Source of the DNA: a virus
DNA: 43,531 bases
Reading direction: 5' to 3' (one strand)
Virus record (IMG/VR): IMGVR_UViG_3300045988_130695
Span: 1 to 43,531 of that record
The notes below the pieces were generated by a model. That model did not search any database and was not told the origin of the DNA. It worked only from the letters and a program-made list of their open reading frames with translations. Each line of letters opens with the position of its first letter. Position 1 is the first letter of the stretch. A program made the position numbers and the translations under genes. This document shows positions 21,258 to 31,952 of this stretch, piece after piece.

Positions 21258-24059
21258 TTACCCTTCTATTTCCGGAATCAAAGATAATACAGTCATCGGC
21301 AGCGGGTCAGGCTGTTTAATTATTATCTGCTGAGTTTCATCATAAGTGGCAGACTTGATCGTTACTTTAAATTTACCTGTTTGCAAACTAATCGGTTCCC
21401 CATAGGCTTCATTACTGCGCCATTTAAATTCATCTAATTCATTCTCCTTCATTCCAAACAATCCACCACGGCTATCTTTAAGTAATAATGTAACTGTAGC
21501 AATTCGTTTCTTCCGACTTAAATATGTGCCATCTTGAGCTGTAAAATCTATAGGCAGTGTTTTTATTTCCGCATCTATAGGCAGCCCTACATGGACCTTC
21601 TTGTATTTATTTCCAAGAAGAACCTTACCGTTTTCTACAGTTTGCTGAGGAAGTACGTTTCCATCAGCTAATATAGCCACAGTATACCCTTCTAAATGCT
21701 CAAGACCTGATATTTCATCGGTCGGCTCTCCTTCATAGGTTATACCACTGTCTACGAAAAACTGATCCTCTACATTAGTACTTTTATCACGGCTTTCCAT
21801 TATTTCCACATAATACTGCCCGCCACGCTCAATTACTGCATATAACTTATCTTCTGTTGCTCCTCCAATATTACATACACTAACAAACTTCCCGCCTGCC
21901 GTGGTATGCTGGTGCCATGCGTAGATATCCTGTTCCTTGATGTATGTAAGCCCTAACAGCAAACCATCATCACGCACACACCAAACAATACTGTTAGGTA
22001 TCTGCTGATAGGTCATAGATATTATTTTATGCCCTTCAAACAAGTGCGAAGCTAATAAATTTAAATCATCACCGGTATATTTATCAACATCATAGCTGTA
22101 AGCAAGGTCACGTATGATATTGCCCTGGTGCTGCACATAAATAATCCTGCTGCCGATAGTGACAGGATTAACATCTGACACACCCCTATATTCCTGCGGT
22201 TGACTTAAAACATTACTTCCTGTAATGGCTTTGCCTCCGCCGCTTACTTTAAATTCTCCACCGGCTGTTAACAGCAACATTTCACCAAAAGCTATAATTG
22301 CCTTAATGCCATTCATTTGTCCACCGTTTAAAGTAGCCGTAATTCCATCATCATCGGCAGACGGTATGCTTGTTCCAAAGTTATAATAGTCTCCTGTTTT
22401 GCTTGTCCAGAATGTCTGCGGAAATCCTTTACTTCCCGCAAAGACTAACCTGTCTTCATAAAAACCTGTTGCAGAAGGATACCCTTTTTCACCATTCCAA
22501 GCAGCAAAAGCAAAATCGCGGGTTTCATCTGTAGAAGCCAACTGTTTTTTTACAGTCCCTTTCACTACTGTAGGACTGACATATTCAGTGATCAATACAT
22601 GGCCCGTATAATCTCCGCCGATGCTTTGAATGGTTATATAGCCTCTCTGCTTCTCATTTTCACCGCTCCAAACGCCTGTATTAAATTCAGTAGAAGTAAC
22701 TCTGTAACTAGCAATACTTTCAGACGTGTTCTCCTCAGTCAAGCTATAATTCTGGCTTCTGTTCCCACTCTGTGTTCTTACATTTACCCATTGCAAAGAA
22801 ACAGGATCATATTTTTCCAAACTAAAATTACCATCCCAAAAACCAAAACTTTCTACATAGACATTGGATTTCGGTAATACGCTAACCTGCAGATCTCCAC
22901 CTGTACTAATTGGTGTCCCTTTTTTGTAATCTGTTTCTAAAAAGTGAGTTAGAGAAAAAAGGCTCCCTTCATCACCCTTGGAAAAAATAGCCGAAGAAGC
23001 AGTCAGGGTTATATCACCATACACCTCCGAAGCTTTTACTGTTGCATTATTACCAATAGATAAAGTGTATGAAAGCCTAATCCAACCATCATTACCACTC
23101 ATACCACTAACATTACCATAGCCACCATTGCCACCAAGAGCACCGGATCCATAACTTGTGCCATTACCACCATCATCAGCAGCAGTTGCACCTTTTCCAC
23201 CACCGCCACCCAATGCATTGATTCCTAAAGCACTGGAAGTCCCACCACTATTACCATTATCAGCACTACCAGCAATTCCAGTTTGTTTTCCTTGTCCACC
23301 TGTACCTCCTGCACCAACTATTAAAGAAATTGGTTCAGAAGGTATTTCTAATATTTCTTTTGTTATAAAAGCACCTCTTCCACCTGTTCCACCACTAAAT
23401 TTGGTTGAAAGATGTTCAGTTTTTCTTTCTATGCCACCTCCACCGCCGCCACCGCCTCCAGCCATTTCAATATTTATTGACAACGCCGAAGACGGTATTG
23501 TTATATTATATGCACCTGGTTTTCTCCATTCTAATACTTTAGTAATGATGCTATTATTATTATACCTAGTTTCATCAAACGGTCCGCCTGTAATATCCAT
23601 TGCCTCAAAGCGCCAGTCTAAATTGCCATATCTTGTAAGTGTCATTGGTGCATGTGCAGGATGAACAATGAAAAGTACGTCAGCACTCTGTGTATATTTT
23701 ATTTTTGCAGCATCTTCTAAATCTTTATCAGCAAAAAAGTTTTCTATGCTATATGGTGAGCCATCTTCTTTAACAACAATACCACCATCTGTATAAAACT
23801 GGCATCTGCCAGCAGTAATTTCAACAATATAATTTTGATCTGTGCTGTACATAAATGGTATTAGCACAGCCTTTTTATTATTATAAGTCTGCGCTATGAA
23901 CTTAAAGCCTGGTCTATTAGCAGCGCCACCATAACGCAGAACGAAAAAATTTCTTAAAACAGCAGCCCCGCTGTCATATTTAGCAATATCAGTACGTCCA
24001 TACATAGACGGTGACAATTCACCGCCCGCAAAACTTGATTTTAATTGATAGAGTGCCAT
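21258..24059 (-). CDS. Large tail (nozzle / tail tubular B-like) protein, 933 aa, carrying an inserted Gly-rich module (about 23054..23528)
   Basis: N-terminus MALYQLKSSFAGGELSPSMYGRTDIAKYDSGAAVLRNFFVLRYGGAANRPG is typical of podovirus tail proteins (from memory). It follows the adaptor-like gene. Confidence 0.7.
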   Translation of the reverse strand: MALYQLKSSFAGGELSPSMYGRTDIAKYDSGAAVLRNFFVLRYGGAANRPGFKFIAQTYNNKKAVLIPFMYSTDQNYIVEITAGRCQFYTDGGIVVKEDGSPYSIENFFADKDLEDAAKIKYTQSADVLFIVHPAHAPMTLTRYGNLDWRFEAMDITGGPFDETRYNNNSIITKVLEWRKPGAYNITIPSSALSINIEMAGGGGGGGGGIERKTEHLSTKFSGGTGGRGAFITKEILEIPSEPISLIVGAGGTGGQGKQTGIAGSADNGNSGGTSSALGINALGGGGGKGATAADDGGNGTSYGSGALGGNGGYGNVSGMSGNDGWIRLSYTLSIGNNATVKASEVYGDITLTASSAIFSKGDEGSLFSLTHFLETDYKKGTPISTGGDLQVSVLPKSNVYVESFGFWDGNFSLEKYDPVSLQWVNVRTQSGNRSQNYSLTEENTSESIASYRVTSTEFNTGVWSGENEKQRGYITIQSIGGDYTGHVLITEYVSPTVVKGTVKKQLASTDETRDFAFAAWNGEKGYPSATGFYEDRLVFAGSKGFPQTFWTSKTGDYYNFGTSIPSADDDGITATLNGGQMNGIKAIIAFGEMLLLTAGGEFKVSGGGKAITGSNVLSQPQEYRGVSDVNPVTIGSRIIYVQHQGNIIRDLAYSYDVDKYTGDDLNLLASHLFEGHKIISMTYQQIPNSIVWCVRDDGLLLGLTYIKEQDIYAWHQHTTAGGKFVSVCNIGGATEDKLYAVIERGGQYYVEIMESRDKSTNVEDQFFVDSGITYEGEPTDEISGLEHLEGYTVAILADGNVLPQQTVENGKVLLGNKYKKVHVGLPIDAEIKTLPIDFTAQDGTYLSRKKRIATVTLLLKDSRGGLFGMKENELDEFKWRSNEAYGEPISLQTGKFKVTIKSATYDETQQIIIKQPDPLPMTVLSLIPEIEG

Positions 24060-24061
24060 AA

Positions 24062-24652
24062 TTATGCCCCCGTAAATCTTGCTGCCGCTAATCTGTCAAT
24101 GTGCGGATCCAGCAAATGTTCTTCATCAGCGTCAGTAGAGCTGGCTTCTGCAAAATAAGCGTTATAAGCCTGGATACACATCTGCGTTAAATCCAATTTG
24201 CCAGTCAACGCATAAGCAATTTCTGCAGCGAGCTTCCACCCAAATGCCTCTACAAATTGAGCATCATATAAATCTGCGTCGGTAACATCTACAGTGTATT
24301 CAATCCAGGCATTGCCGATATTAGTATAAATAGCTTTCCCCTGCTTATCAGAAACAATTTTGTACTGATTGTCTCTAGGAAGTCCGCAGAACTGCTCATT
24401 GTACATCATTCTCAAGCACACTGCATCAGCAGGATACCGATATGCATATTTCCAGTTAGGCGGAACATCGGCAAGCGCGGCAAGCTGCACGCTTCTTGTT
24501 GCAAATGTCCACGGGAATTTTCTCAAAACCGCCTGCCTGACATAATCATAGCAACGCCGGCACACTCGTGCTGGTTCGCTTGCTTCGTCAAGCCGCTCTA
24601 TTGTAGCTACGCCTATATGATTAAGAGCAATATTACAAATCTCAACTTTATC
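24062..24652 (-). CDS. Head-tail adaptor / tail tubular A-like protein
   Basis: MDKVEICNIALNHIGVATIERLDE.. N-terminal pattern. GGTGGTGA SD before ATG 24652 (the track start is 24691). Confidence 0.6.
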   Translation of the reverse strand, partial: DKVEICNIALNHIGVATIERLDEASEPARVCRRCYDYVRQAVLRKFPWTFATRSVQLAALADVPPNWKYAYRYPADAVCLRMMYNEQFCGLPRDNQYKIVSDKQGKAIYTNIGNAWIEYTVDVTDADLYDAQFVEAFGWKLAAEIAYALTGKLDLTQMCIQAYNAYFAEASSTDADEEHLLDPHIDRLAAARFTGA

Positions 24653-24707
24653 CATACTTTCACCACCTGTTATAGAGAAAGCCGGAGGCATATGCCCCCG
24701 GCTATTC

Positions 24708-24989
24708 TTATTCTTGAGCCAGTGCCACTAATTCACTAATAATAGTTTCCCTGGATTTCTGACTTGTTTTGATTCCCTGTTCTTTGGCCAATTCTTTTAA
24801 ATCATTAAAGTTCATTGCTTCATATTGCAGATAACGCGGATCGTCATTACCGGAAGATACTGCTGCTGGTCTATTAAGTTTCACAAAATGTTCAGGAACC
24901 TTAATATTATCTGCAAGCGTTACAATATCATCACGCCTATACATACGACCCAAAGTAAAACAATTACGCTTTACTTTGTAAGTAGCCAT
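24708..24989 (-). CDS. Small head protein with C-terminal HeH/SAP-like motif (93 aa)
   Basis: FNDLKELAKEQGIKTSQKSRETIISEL helix-extension-helix pattern. Located in the head module. Confidence 0.55.
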   Translation of the reverse strand: MATYKVKRNCFTLGRMYRRDDIVTLADNIKVPEHFVKLNRPAAVSSGNDDPRYLQYEAMNFNDLKELAKEQGIKTSQKSRETIISELVALAQE

Positions 24990-25378
24990 TATAAAGTTAC
25001 CTGGATGCCGTCAGTCATATAAGCAAAGACCTTGCCGCCCACAGCCTCACTAGCGGTGTAAACCAATCTAATATAACGATTACCATATTTGATTGGAGAA
25101 AAGAATTGTGCCACAGTACAAGCCCTTGTTTGAATCAGAGAATCAGGTACACTTACCTCAACCTCATCAGCAGGACTATCAAACCCCTCAGTTGCAGCAG
25201 ATTGTACTTTAACCTTAGTAATCTTGCCGGAAGTCATTGGTGTGGTCAGTTTTACGTCAAAGTACAGCGGATGCATAAACCCGCCTGTACTTCCTAAATC
25301 AATAACATTGCTGTTTGCGCTTGCGCCGGTAACGGCCTGATTCTCAGACAGCAATAATTGAGCATCAATACGTGCCAT
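24989..25378 (-). CDS. Capsid decoration/cement-type protein (129 aa from MARIDAQ..)
   Basis: Immediately downstream of the capsid gene. AAGGAGGA SD before ATG 25378. Beta-rich sequence. Confidence 0.6.
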   Translation of the reverse strand: MARIDAQLLLSENQAVTGASANSNVIDLGSTGGFMHPLYFDVKLTTPMTSGKITKVKVQSAATEGFDSPADEVEVSVPDSLIQTRACTVAQFFSPIKYGNRYIRLVYTASEAVGGKVFAYMTDGIQVTL

Positions 25379-25394
25379 TTTATATTCCTCCTTT

Positions 25395-26375
25395 TTAAAC
25401 AAGCTGAGATTCAGTATTCAGAATAGCTGCGCAACGCTGGAACGGAACGCCCCAGAAATTAACAACAGGTTTTCCTTCAACTGTATCAATAGACAGCATA
25501 GTATTTTTGTCATTACGTGCAGCCTTAGCCATAAAAGCCTCAAACTGCTTATTGCAGAAGATCTGCAAATTGACATTATCAGGATTTTCAATCTGATAAT
25601 AACCCTCGATCAATTTGTCGAAGATTGTAGTAGTAGCAGGATCTTTTAAATCAACATTGGCCAAACGCACAACATAACGAGGATCTTTAACCGCAAGGCC
25701 CATGGACCAATTATATTTATTGGTATGAGCAAAGAATACCTCGCCTTTATCATTTGTTACTTTTTGTTTACCCAAATATTCATGCGTAAAACCTGCTGTA
25801 TCGCCTTCTGGAAACAAGCCGTATACCTGCTGCTCTCCAAAGCCTACAAACCATACAGAAGTCAGATTATCACCTGTGCCGCCGCAATCAATGATTTGGT
25901 CTGCCCAAATATCTTCCTGATTGGTCTTACTGTAAAAATAAGCGCCTAAACCAGTGAATCCTGCAGGGTTGATCTTCTCATCGCCATAGAAAAGCGTAGT
26001 CGCCATTTCTTGGTTCATTGCTTCAAGAAAGGCAGCATTCTCGCTCATCATCCAAGAAGCCTGCATATTATTCTTTCGTGCAAGTTTTTCGTCGATTTCA
26101 GCCAGCGCTTCCATCTCGCCGCAAGTAAAAGATACTTGCTTAGTTTTAGACTTGCTCGGCTTAGTCCCACGGTTAATCATTCTCCACGCTACTTCCGGCA
26201 GAGAATAACGCAATGTAGCTTCCTCATAGTCCTTAGAGTTACACATTTTGAACGGCATAATTTTTAAAATCTTATTTGTTTTGCTTTGCAGTTCAATAAT
26301 TCTTTGATACTTTTTGTCGAACCCTTGACGAGACGCAAAGTCTTGAAGGGTTGCGAAACCTGTCAAATCTGGCAT
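25395..26375 (-). CDS. Major capsid protein (326 aa)
   Basis: Size and position after the scaffold gene. Codon usage looks highly expressed (no ATA, CGT-rich). Confidence 0.75.
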   Translation of the reverse strand: MPDLTGFATLQDFASRQGFDKKYQRIIELQSKTNKILKIMPFKMCNSKDYEEATLRYSLPEVAWRMINRGTKPSKSKTKQVSFTCGEMEALAEIDEKLARKNNMQASWMMSENAAFLEAMNQEMATTLFYGDEKINPAGFTGLGAYFYSKTNQEDIWADQIIDCGGTGDNLTSVWFVGFGEQQVYGLFPEGDTAGFTHEYLGKQKVTNDKGEVFFAHTNKYNWSMGLAVKDPRYVVRLANVDLKDPATTTIFDKLIEGYYQIENPDNVNLQIFCNKQFEAFMAKAARNDKNTMLSIDTVEGKPVVNFWGVPFQRCAAILNTESQLV

Positions 26376-26397
26376 TATTTACCACTCCTTAATATTT

Positions 26398-27036
26398 TTA
26401 TTTGAACCCGCCGCCGGGGAAAAACAACTCGGCGTCGCCCAGTTCCTTAGATTTAGGTGCTTGCCCATCAGGCGGTTGGTCTTCCATAAGCAAGCCTCCA
26501 ATGTTTTGCAGCATTTTTTGTATTGCCGGATGATTGGCTACACCTGTATTTACAAGTACCTGCATAGCCTCACCACCGCCAAAAGTATTAACAGCTAATT
26601 TAGCAGCAGCAATATTCTCACGAGAAATAAGCCCCTGCTTTTGGCATTCAGCAGTCCAACCGTCTACAATTTCCTCCTGCTTATGCATAACGTCTAAAAC
26701 TACTTTGCTATGCAAATCAATCAGCTTAGTAGCCTGCTCCTGAGTAAGCTTTGCGTCTTTAGCAATCGCTGTAAAATCAGCTTCCAGTTCAGGCGAAAGT
26801 TCCAGCCCTTCCTGTAGGTTGAACTCATATTTGTCAGGAACAACAGGCTCTTGCACAGGATCATCAAATACATTTTTAGGTGTAGTTACAGGATCACCGT
26901 CACCTGCAGGCATTGGCTCTCCACTCGGCTCACCTTCAGGAGCAGGTTCCGTTACAAACGGGTCACCGGAAGGAGCAGGTTCACCGCCTCCACCAGCACC
27001 ATCTGCTTCAAAAAACATTTGTGTAAACTTATTCAT
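26398..27036 (-). CDS. Scaffolding protein
   Basis: Acidic, Pro/Gly/Glu-rich N-terminus and helical C-terminus. Lies between the portal and capsid genes. Confidence 0.65.
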   Translation of the reverse strand: MNKFTQMFFEADGAGGGGEPAPSGDPFVTEPAPEGEPSGEPMPAGDGDPVTTPKNVFDDPVQEPVVPDKYEFNLQEGLELSPELEADFTAIAKDAKLTQEQATKLIDLHSKVVLDVMHKQEEIVDGWTAECQKQGLISRENIAAAKLAVNTFGGGEAMQVLVNTGVANHPAIQKMLQNIGGLLMEDQPPDGQAPKSKELGDAELFFPGGGFK

Positions 27037-27367
27037 GTCTTACCTCCGCTATGTCGTTATCTACTTTAAAAAGGTCATCGTCCTCTAAATCAGGAGGGTG
27101 TCTAGCACTCTCTGCTTCATTACGCATCAGCATCTCTAAAGAATGGCCATCATTCAGCATCCGGATATTCTTTAACAAATCAACGCCTACAGCACGTTTA
27201 CCTGATAAGAAAGCATTGAAGTATGGCTCAGCTGAAAAAACCGCTGTTTCGACCTCTGTGCTTTCCAAAATTGCATAAATAAAACGCCGTCCGTTCTCGG
27301 TCCGCATAATAACGTCCAAGTCGTCCAGCGCTTGTTGTGCAAGCATATTCATTTTTTTGTTTTTCAT
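27029..27367 (-). CDS. Hypothetical head-module protein (112 aa)
   Basis: ORF translationally coupled to the portal (shared ATGA-type junction) and overlapping the scaffold start. Confidence 0.55.
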   Translation of the reverse strand: MKNKKMNMLAQQALDDLDVIMRTENGRRFIYAILESTEVETAVFSAEPYFNAFLSGKRAVGVDLLKNIRMLNDGHSLEMLMRNEAESARHPPDLEDDDLFKVDNDIAEVRHE

Positions 27368-29058
27368 TAAATCCCGCCTCCCAGAAGTTGATCTAATGCA
27401 TTGCCACCATTAGCAGGGGTTTCACTCATCAACCTAGCCGCATCAGCATAATCCCTAACAGCAGGCGCAGCAGCAGCCATCTGTTCAGCTTGCATTTGTT
27501 CCTGCTGTGCCTGAGCACGTTGTTTGCGAAGTTCAGCTACTTCGTTTTCATCACGCACTATCTTTTCTTTGACACCGGTAGATTCTGCGAAACCTCGTAC
27601 AGCTGCATCAAGATTGATGATATCAAGCACTTCAGGCTGAGCAGCAGCAAGATTACCAACAAATCCAACCGTACGCTCAATAGCAGGTATTTCAACCATT
27701 TTCTGGGCTTGAGCCAAGATAGAAATGAAGGATACTTTTAATTCGCTTTTGTCAATTTCCTCCGGCATAGGCGGAAACAACCCATGTCTCAAACAAATAT
27801 CAAAAGTGCGAAGCGTCATAGGTTCTAAAACCTCATTGTGCATTTGCTCAAGTACCGGGGACAACATCAGGAGCTTTTCTTCATGTCGCTCTGCAATCTC
27901 ACGCGCAGTCATTTGAGGTCCATCCTGAGAGGTAATCATCATAAACAAATCATTATAGAACGTTTCAGATATCGACTGCCGTTTCTCCTGGGACAATGCT
28001 CCTATACCTTCATAAGCCTTTGCTCTTGGATCTACAAGTGGATAAGCCTGCTGTACAGTTCCATCAGGATAAAAATTTAGTCCTCCTGGCATTCTGTCAA
28101 GCTTCTTCATTGAAGCAGGAAATGCCATCGCCGGATCTGCAGCATTATCAATAGCCCTAAGTTTATTCTTTTCAATCTTCTGTAACTGCATACAGTCACC
28201 TAAAGCATTATGTCCTGGACCTGCTCCATATACACTATTGGCAATCAAAGTCCAGCGCGGCATAAGGAATGGGCATTCTCTAAAACCGGATATCTTTAAA
28301 AACTTATCGTTTGCACCTTTTTCATAGTGATATGAGCGCCACGGGAAATTACCTAAAGCCAATTTATTAGGATCATAATCATCATTGCGCTCTATCAGCA
28401 TTTCAACGTCAAAGTATGTCGTTATATTTCCTTCTTTATAGGCCGACTTCACGCTTTCCGATACATTATCTATCCCATATTCTTTTACAATTTGCTCAGC
28501 ACTCAATCTAAAACGCCTTGCAAATACATAAACCCTGCCTCTTGCATCTACACCGCCTGCATATTCCCCGCAGGTATAAGGCCGCATCCATATGCCGTAG
28601 TTATAATCTTCCAACATCAAAGAGGCGCCTGTGCCGAACTGGGCCATCTCTGCCTCAATCTGCTGCAGCATATTATAAGCATTGCTCTTAGAATAAATGC
28701 TGCTCATAATCTCCTGGCAATCATCTAACCACATCCTTACAGCGTGGTAATTAGCTTTTTCTTCATCTTGCAGACCAAGTTCAAACCAAGGCCTTGACGG
28801 CGATGTCAACCCGCTGTGGATACCAGCTGCACATTTACCAACTGCTTTTTGGGGATGTGGGTCTATAAGGTATTCGTCACGTCTATGCCCTTCTGTGCTT
28901 TGGATATCTTCCTCAAACCTGCCCCTTGTCGGATTTATATACCGACTAAGCATCCTCCACGTTGGCTCATATTGGCTGCGCAATGTATAAAGCTGGGAGA
29001 TAGTATGTTGTTTTCGTGTTAATTTATCGCTGTCACGCAGCATATCTTTGATGTTCAT
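27367..29058 (-). CDS. Portal protein, podovirus (T7 gp8-like head-to-tail connector) type
   Basis: 563 aa. N-terminal pattern KLTRKQHTISQLYTLRSQYEPTWRMLSRYINPTRGRF. GGGAGA SD before ATG 29058. Located downstream of terL. Confidence 0.8.
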   Translation of the reverse strand: MNIKDMLRDSDKLTRKQHTISQLYTLRSQYEPTWRMLSRYINPTRGRFEEDIQSTEGHRRDEYLIDPHPQKAVGKCAAGIHSGLTSPSRPWFELGLQDEEKANYHAVRMWLDDCQEIMSSIYSKSNAYNMLQQIEAEMAQFGTGASLMLEDYNYGIWMRPYTCGEYAGGVDARGRVYVFARRFRLSAEQIVKEYGIDNVSESVKSAYKEGNITTYFDVEMLIERNDDYDPNKLALGNFPWRSYHYEKGANDKFLKISGFRECPFLMPRWTLIANSVYGAGPGHNALGDCMQLQKIEKNKLRAIDNAADPAMAFPASMKKLDRMPGGLNFYPDGTVQQAYPLVDPRAKAYEGIGALSQEKRQSISETFYNDLFMMITSQDGPQMTAREIAERHEEKLLMLSPVLEQMHNEVLEPMTLRTFDICLRHGLFPPMPEEIDKSELKVSFISILAQAQKMVEIPAIERTVGFVGNLAAAQPEVLDIINLDAAVRGFAESTGVKEKIVRDENEVAELRKQRAQAQQEQMQAEQMAAAAPAVRDYADAARLMSETPANGGNALDQLLGGGI

Positions 29059-29060
29059 AA

Positions 29061-29291
29061 TCATTCTCCCAACAACATTTTCTTAACACTATCCGAAGTA
29101 ATCTGACCACCAGTTTTGTTTGTATAATTCCTACCACGGGCTTTAGATAGCTTTTCAAACAGGCTTTGTCGCTCTCCCTCTGTAGCGTTATCAATCGTGG
29201 CAGCAGCCGTGCTTCCAGGTGCGCTTTGTTTGATCGGGTCAACACTGCCGCCACCTCCGCCACCATGTAACTGCATCATAATCTTATGCAT
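29061..29291 (-). CDS. Small protein (76 aa) with HGGGGGGS motif, between terminase and portal
   Basis: GGGAGGTGA SD before ATG 29291. Function unknown. Confidence 0.5.
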   Translation of the reverse strand: MHKIMMQLHGGGGGGSVDPIKQSAPGSTAAATIDNATEGERQSLFEKLSKARGRNYTNKTGGQITSDSVKKMLLGE

Positions 29292-29305
29292 AGTCTCACC
29301 TCCCT

Positions 29306-30787
29306 TCACATACCGGCAAACGGATCATAAACCCTTTGTCTATTATCAAATTGTGCTTCTGTTATCGCCTGTTCTCTGCTTACAACAGATTGCGCAAAAG
29401 TTAAAGCGAGTGCATCCGCTCTATTAGGAGAGGGAACACCTCGCTTTTTCATAGCTTCTTTACTTTCAAGTTGTATTAATCCGCTAGTATTAGGTACTGT
29501 TTCAGGACCCATTAAATCATCCGCTAAAGTCTGGTCATCTTCTGGTATAACCCCGCCTTCTTTCAACCAATCTTTCATATTAGCCCACATCTCAGCACGT
29601 TTATTTTTGCAGTCTGGCCTGTTTGACTTCCCACCAAAAGCAATCAGTGTCCACGATCTGCCCCATGCGTCACCAGCGCTCTTGATTCCTGTACCATAGC
29701 CTAGATCAATAAACACCGCATCAGCCTTGTATTCGTCCTCGAATCTGGCTAATATGCCTGCTATTTCAATGTCGTTATCGTTCTTAGTAGTCGCAAACAG
29801 CTTTTTCGTGAATAGCCCTTGCCTAAGATAAATAACTGTTTCGTCTCCTCCTGTCCATGCAGGATCACAGGCTATAATCACAGGAGCAAATCTAAATTGC
29901 TTTTCTTGTAACGTCCTACGTCTTGCTTCATCAACTAAGGCGGTACTAATAAATTGTTTCTCACTAGCCGAAGGGAATTCGCCCTTCACGCGAATTTTAA
30001 AGAAGTCACTATCCTCGCCGTATTGCACCCGCCAACCCTCAAGTTCGGCCTTGTTACTTATCTTAACAGTTCGGCTATCAATTTGTTTACGGTTCCATAA
30101 ACTTCTGTTTTTATGAAAGCAAGCATGAAAACGTCCACTACTCTGAGTAGGATTTCCAAACACACACCAAATGATTTCGGTATCAGCATCTGTCATTGCA
30201 CCTTCAGCTACTTCCCAAATGATATCCGATATCTCAGAAGCTTCATCGAATATAACCAGAGTTCGCTTGCCTTGGTTATGTAAACCCGCAAACGCTGCAG
30301 GGTTACTATCATTCCATGGTATTGCATCTATACGCCATGTCTTCTCATGACCTTCTTGGTTAGAATAAATGCTTGTTGCAGAATAAGTGAACAAATCTTT
30401 TGCTATAAACAAGTAATACCATTTAGCTAACTCTGCCCAAGTTTTTGTTTTGAGTTGTGTATCTGTATTAGCTGTAACAACACCCTTTGTATCTTCATGT
30501 GTCGATATAGCCCACAGAATAATCCATGCCACCATAGCAGACTTTCCAATACCATGCCCAGATGCAACGGCTTCACGGATAACCTGATCTGGCGTTTTTA
30601 ATCCTTCTTTGATATCGTTCAGCAGTTCTATCTGCCATATATCTGGTCCTTCTTTATCTTCAAGTTGAGTATTTGGTTCTCCCCATGGAAATGCAAGCCG
30701 TACGAATTCCAAAGGATCTTTACTGACACTTCCAAGAAAGTCTGTTAATGCCTTTATATCCTTTTCTGATAAAGCAACTCTAGACAT
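29306..30787 (-). CDS. terL: Terminase large subunit
   Basis: Walker A-like SGHGIGKS, Walker B LVIFDEASE, nuclease-type acidic motifs (IIACDPAWTGGDETV, FIDLGYG). GAAGGGGGA SD before ATG 30787. Confidence 0.9.
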   Translation of the reverse strand: MSRVALSEKDIKALTDFLGSVSKDPLEFVRLAFPWGEPNTQLEDKEGPDIWQIELLNDIKEGLKTPDQVIREAVASGHGIGKSAMVAWIILWAISTHEDTKGVVTANTDTQLKTKTWAELAKWYYLFIAKDLFTYSATSIYSNQEGHEKTWRIDAIPWNDSNPAAFAGLHNQGKRTLVIFDEASEISDIIWEVAEGAMTDADTEIIWCVFGNPTQSSGRFHACFHKNRSLWNRKQIDSRTVKISNKAELEGWRVQYGEDSDFFKIRVKGEFPSASEKQFISTALVDEARRRTLQEKQFRFAPVIIACDPAWTGGDETVIYLRQGLFTKKLFATTKNDNDIEIAGILARFEDEYKADAVFIDLGYGTGIKSAGDAWGRSWTLIAFGGKSNRPDCKNKRAEMWANMKDWLKEGGVIPEDDQTLADDLMGPETVPNTSGLIQLESKEAMKKRGVPSPNRADALALTFAQSVVSREQAITEAQFDNRQRVYDPFAGM

Positions 30788-31208
30788 CGCTATCCCCCTT
30801 CTTGCGACGGCTAGCAATTAAACCAGCAATATCGCCTTCAAGATTTACATCTAGTTGTTCTTTAAACAGCATATAGCGCTTACCCAATAATTCTGCTGCC
30901 TTAGTCCTGTCACTCAAGCTAGCATCTAATCCAAACTGGTCCTTTTCTTCTCCACGCATTACACTTGTTAAATATTCAAGAACATCTTCAGCTGTCGCAA
31001 TCTTATCACTATCAACTGCTGCCATTCGTGCATCTAAATATTGCTTTACCTTGTTATTTCTTAGCAATTTACTAGCACTAGCCGCCGCTGAATTATCATT
31101 CTTACACTTTGGATAAGCCTTTTTATAGGCTTCTGTTTGATTCCCACTCTCTATAAAGTAATCAACAAAATTCTTCTGTGCTTGGCTGATCTCATCCACT
31201 ACTATCAC
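30780..31208 (-). CDS. terS: Terminase small subunit (Terminase_2-like)
   Basis: QKNFVDYFIESGNQTEAYKKAYPKCKNDNSAAASASKLLRNNKVKQYL is the typical N-terminal HTH of this family. Overlaps the terL start. Confidence 0.75.
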   Translation of the reverse strand: MIVVDEISQAQKNFVDYFIESGNQTEAYKKAYPKCKNDNSAAASASKLLRNNKVKQYLDARMAAVDSDKIATAEDVLEYLTSVMRGEEKDQFGLDASLSDRTKAAELLGKRYMLFKEQLDVNLEGDIAGLIASRRKKGDSDV

Positions 31209-31491
31209 CTGCCTTTAATACATTCACCAAATAATACAGAATAGCTATTTCTCTAAATGACCGAGCCATTTCTACCCTAACGCTTACACCCTTATTCTTT
31301 TTTCGCTCTGCCTTATCCGGGAATTTCTTTTTGTATTCTCCCCATGGCATGAGGTAATCTATTCTGTACATAGTACATACCTTAGATAGCTTCTGGCTAT
31401 ATACTTGCTCCCTTGAATATAGGTATATAAAGCCTCTCATTTCTAAGGCTTTTATTATCTTCCTGATCTTGCTGGTTAGGTTCATCTTCAT
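31192..31491 (-). CDS. Hypothetical protein, first gene of the late operon (99 aa from MKMNLTSK..)
   Basis: GGTGGTGA SD before ATG 31491. The track start 31521 would run into the terminator stem. Confidence 0.5.
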   Translation of the reverse strand: MKMNLTSKIRKIIKALEMRGFIYLYSREQVYSQKLSKVCTMYRIDYLMPWGEYKKKFPDKAERKKNKGVSVRVEMARSFREIAILYYLVNVLKAGDSSG

Positions 31492-31507
31492 TCCATCACC
31501 ACCTTGC

Positions 31508-31542
31508 AAATAAAAAAGCAATGTGCAAATTATTCACATTGC
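31508..31542 (-). terminator. Rho-independent terminator 17 nt upstream of the first late-gene RBS
   Basis: On the - strand: GCAATGTG-(9 nt)-CACATTGC followed by TTTTTTATTT. Confidence 0.75.
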
Positions 31543-31950
31543 CAACAGTTTATATTAAGTTATATGCTAAATTCTGATATATATTACCGTGTTTCAACGG
31601 CTTTTTAAGACTAAATTATTTATGTAGATTAAATATGCCGCTGTATCACCCCAACGGTAAGGCTACCCCAAGTCTACAGATATGGTGCTCTGCGTTCTAT
31701 GGGCTTCTTCACGGGCTGCGTACAGTTACCGTCTCTCATGCCGTTGTTTTGAACCTACCAGTGCGACCGCTGCAAGCCGCACGGTAGGAGCTATGGGTAG
31801 TTATCCGCATCATTCATATGATAAATTGCAGCTATCATATGCCATCATACGGCGAACACCATAGCCAAATATATGCACATACGGTTTATAACTTGCTCGG
31901 ATAGTGAGCGGATTACTGCGTATGGCTTTATTGTAAGCCCACTTACTTAC
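31543..31950 (-). ncRNA. Candidate structured leader/ncRNA (about 400 nt, no credible ORF)
   Basis: Bounded by motif copy C upstream and the terminator downstream. The core is about 50% G+C against AT-rich flanks. Several strong local hairpins and long-range complementary segments. Strand and ends are inferred. Confidence 0.35.
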
Positions 31951-31952
31951 AA

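Noticed and set aside
23158-23664. 168-aa + strand Pro-rich ORF
   Set aside because: It is a mirror image of the poly-Gly (GGN) module of the 933-aa tail protein (CCN gives Pro), so it is an artefact of composition.
31682-31864. 60-aa + strand ORF in the ORF-free leader region
   Set aside because: It has no SD, an Arg/Ser/Cys-rich composition, and lies on the opposite strand in a region better explained as structured RNA.
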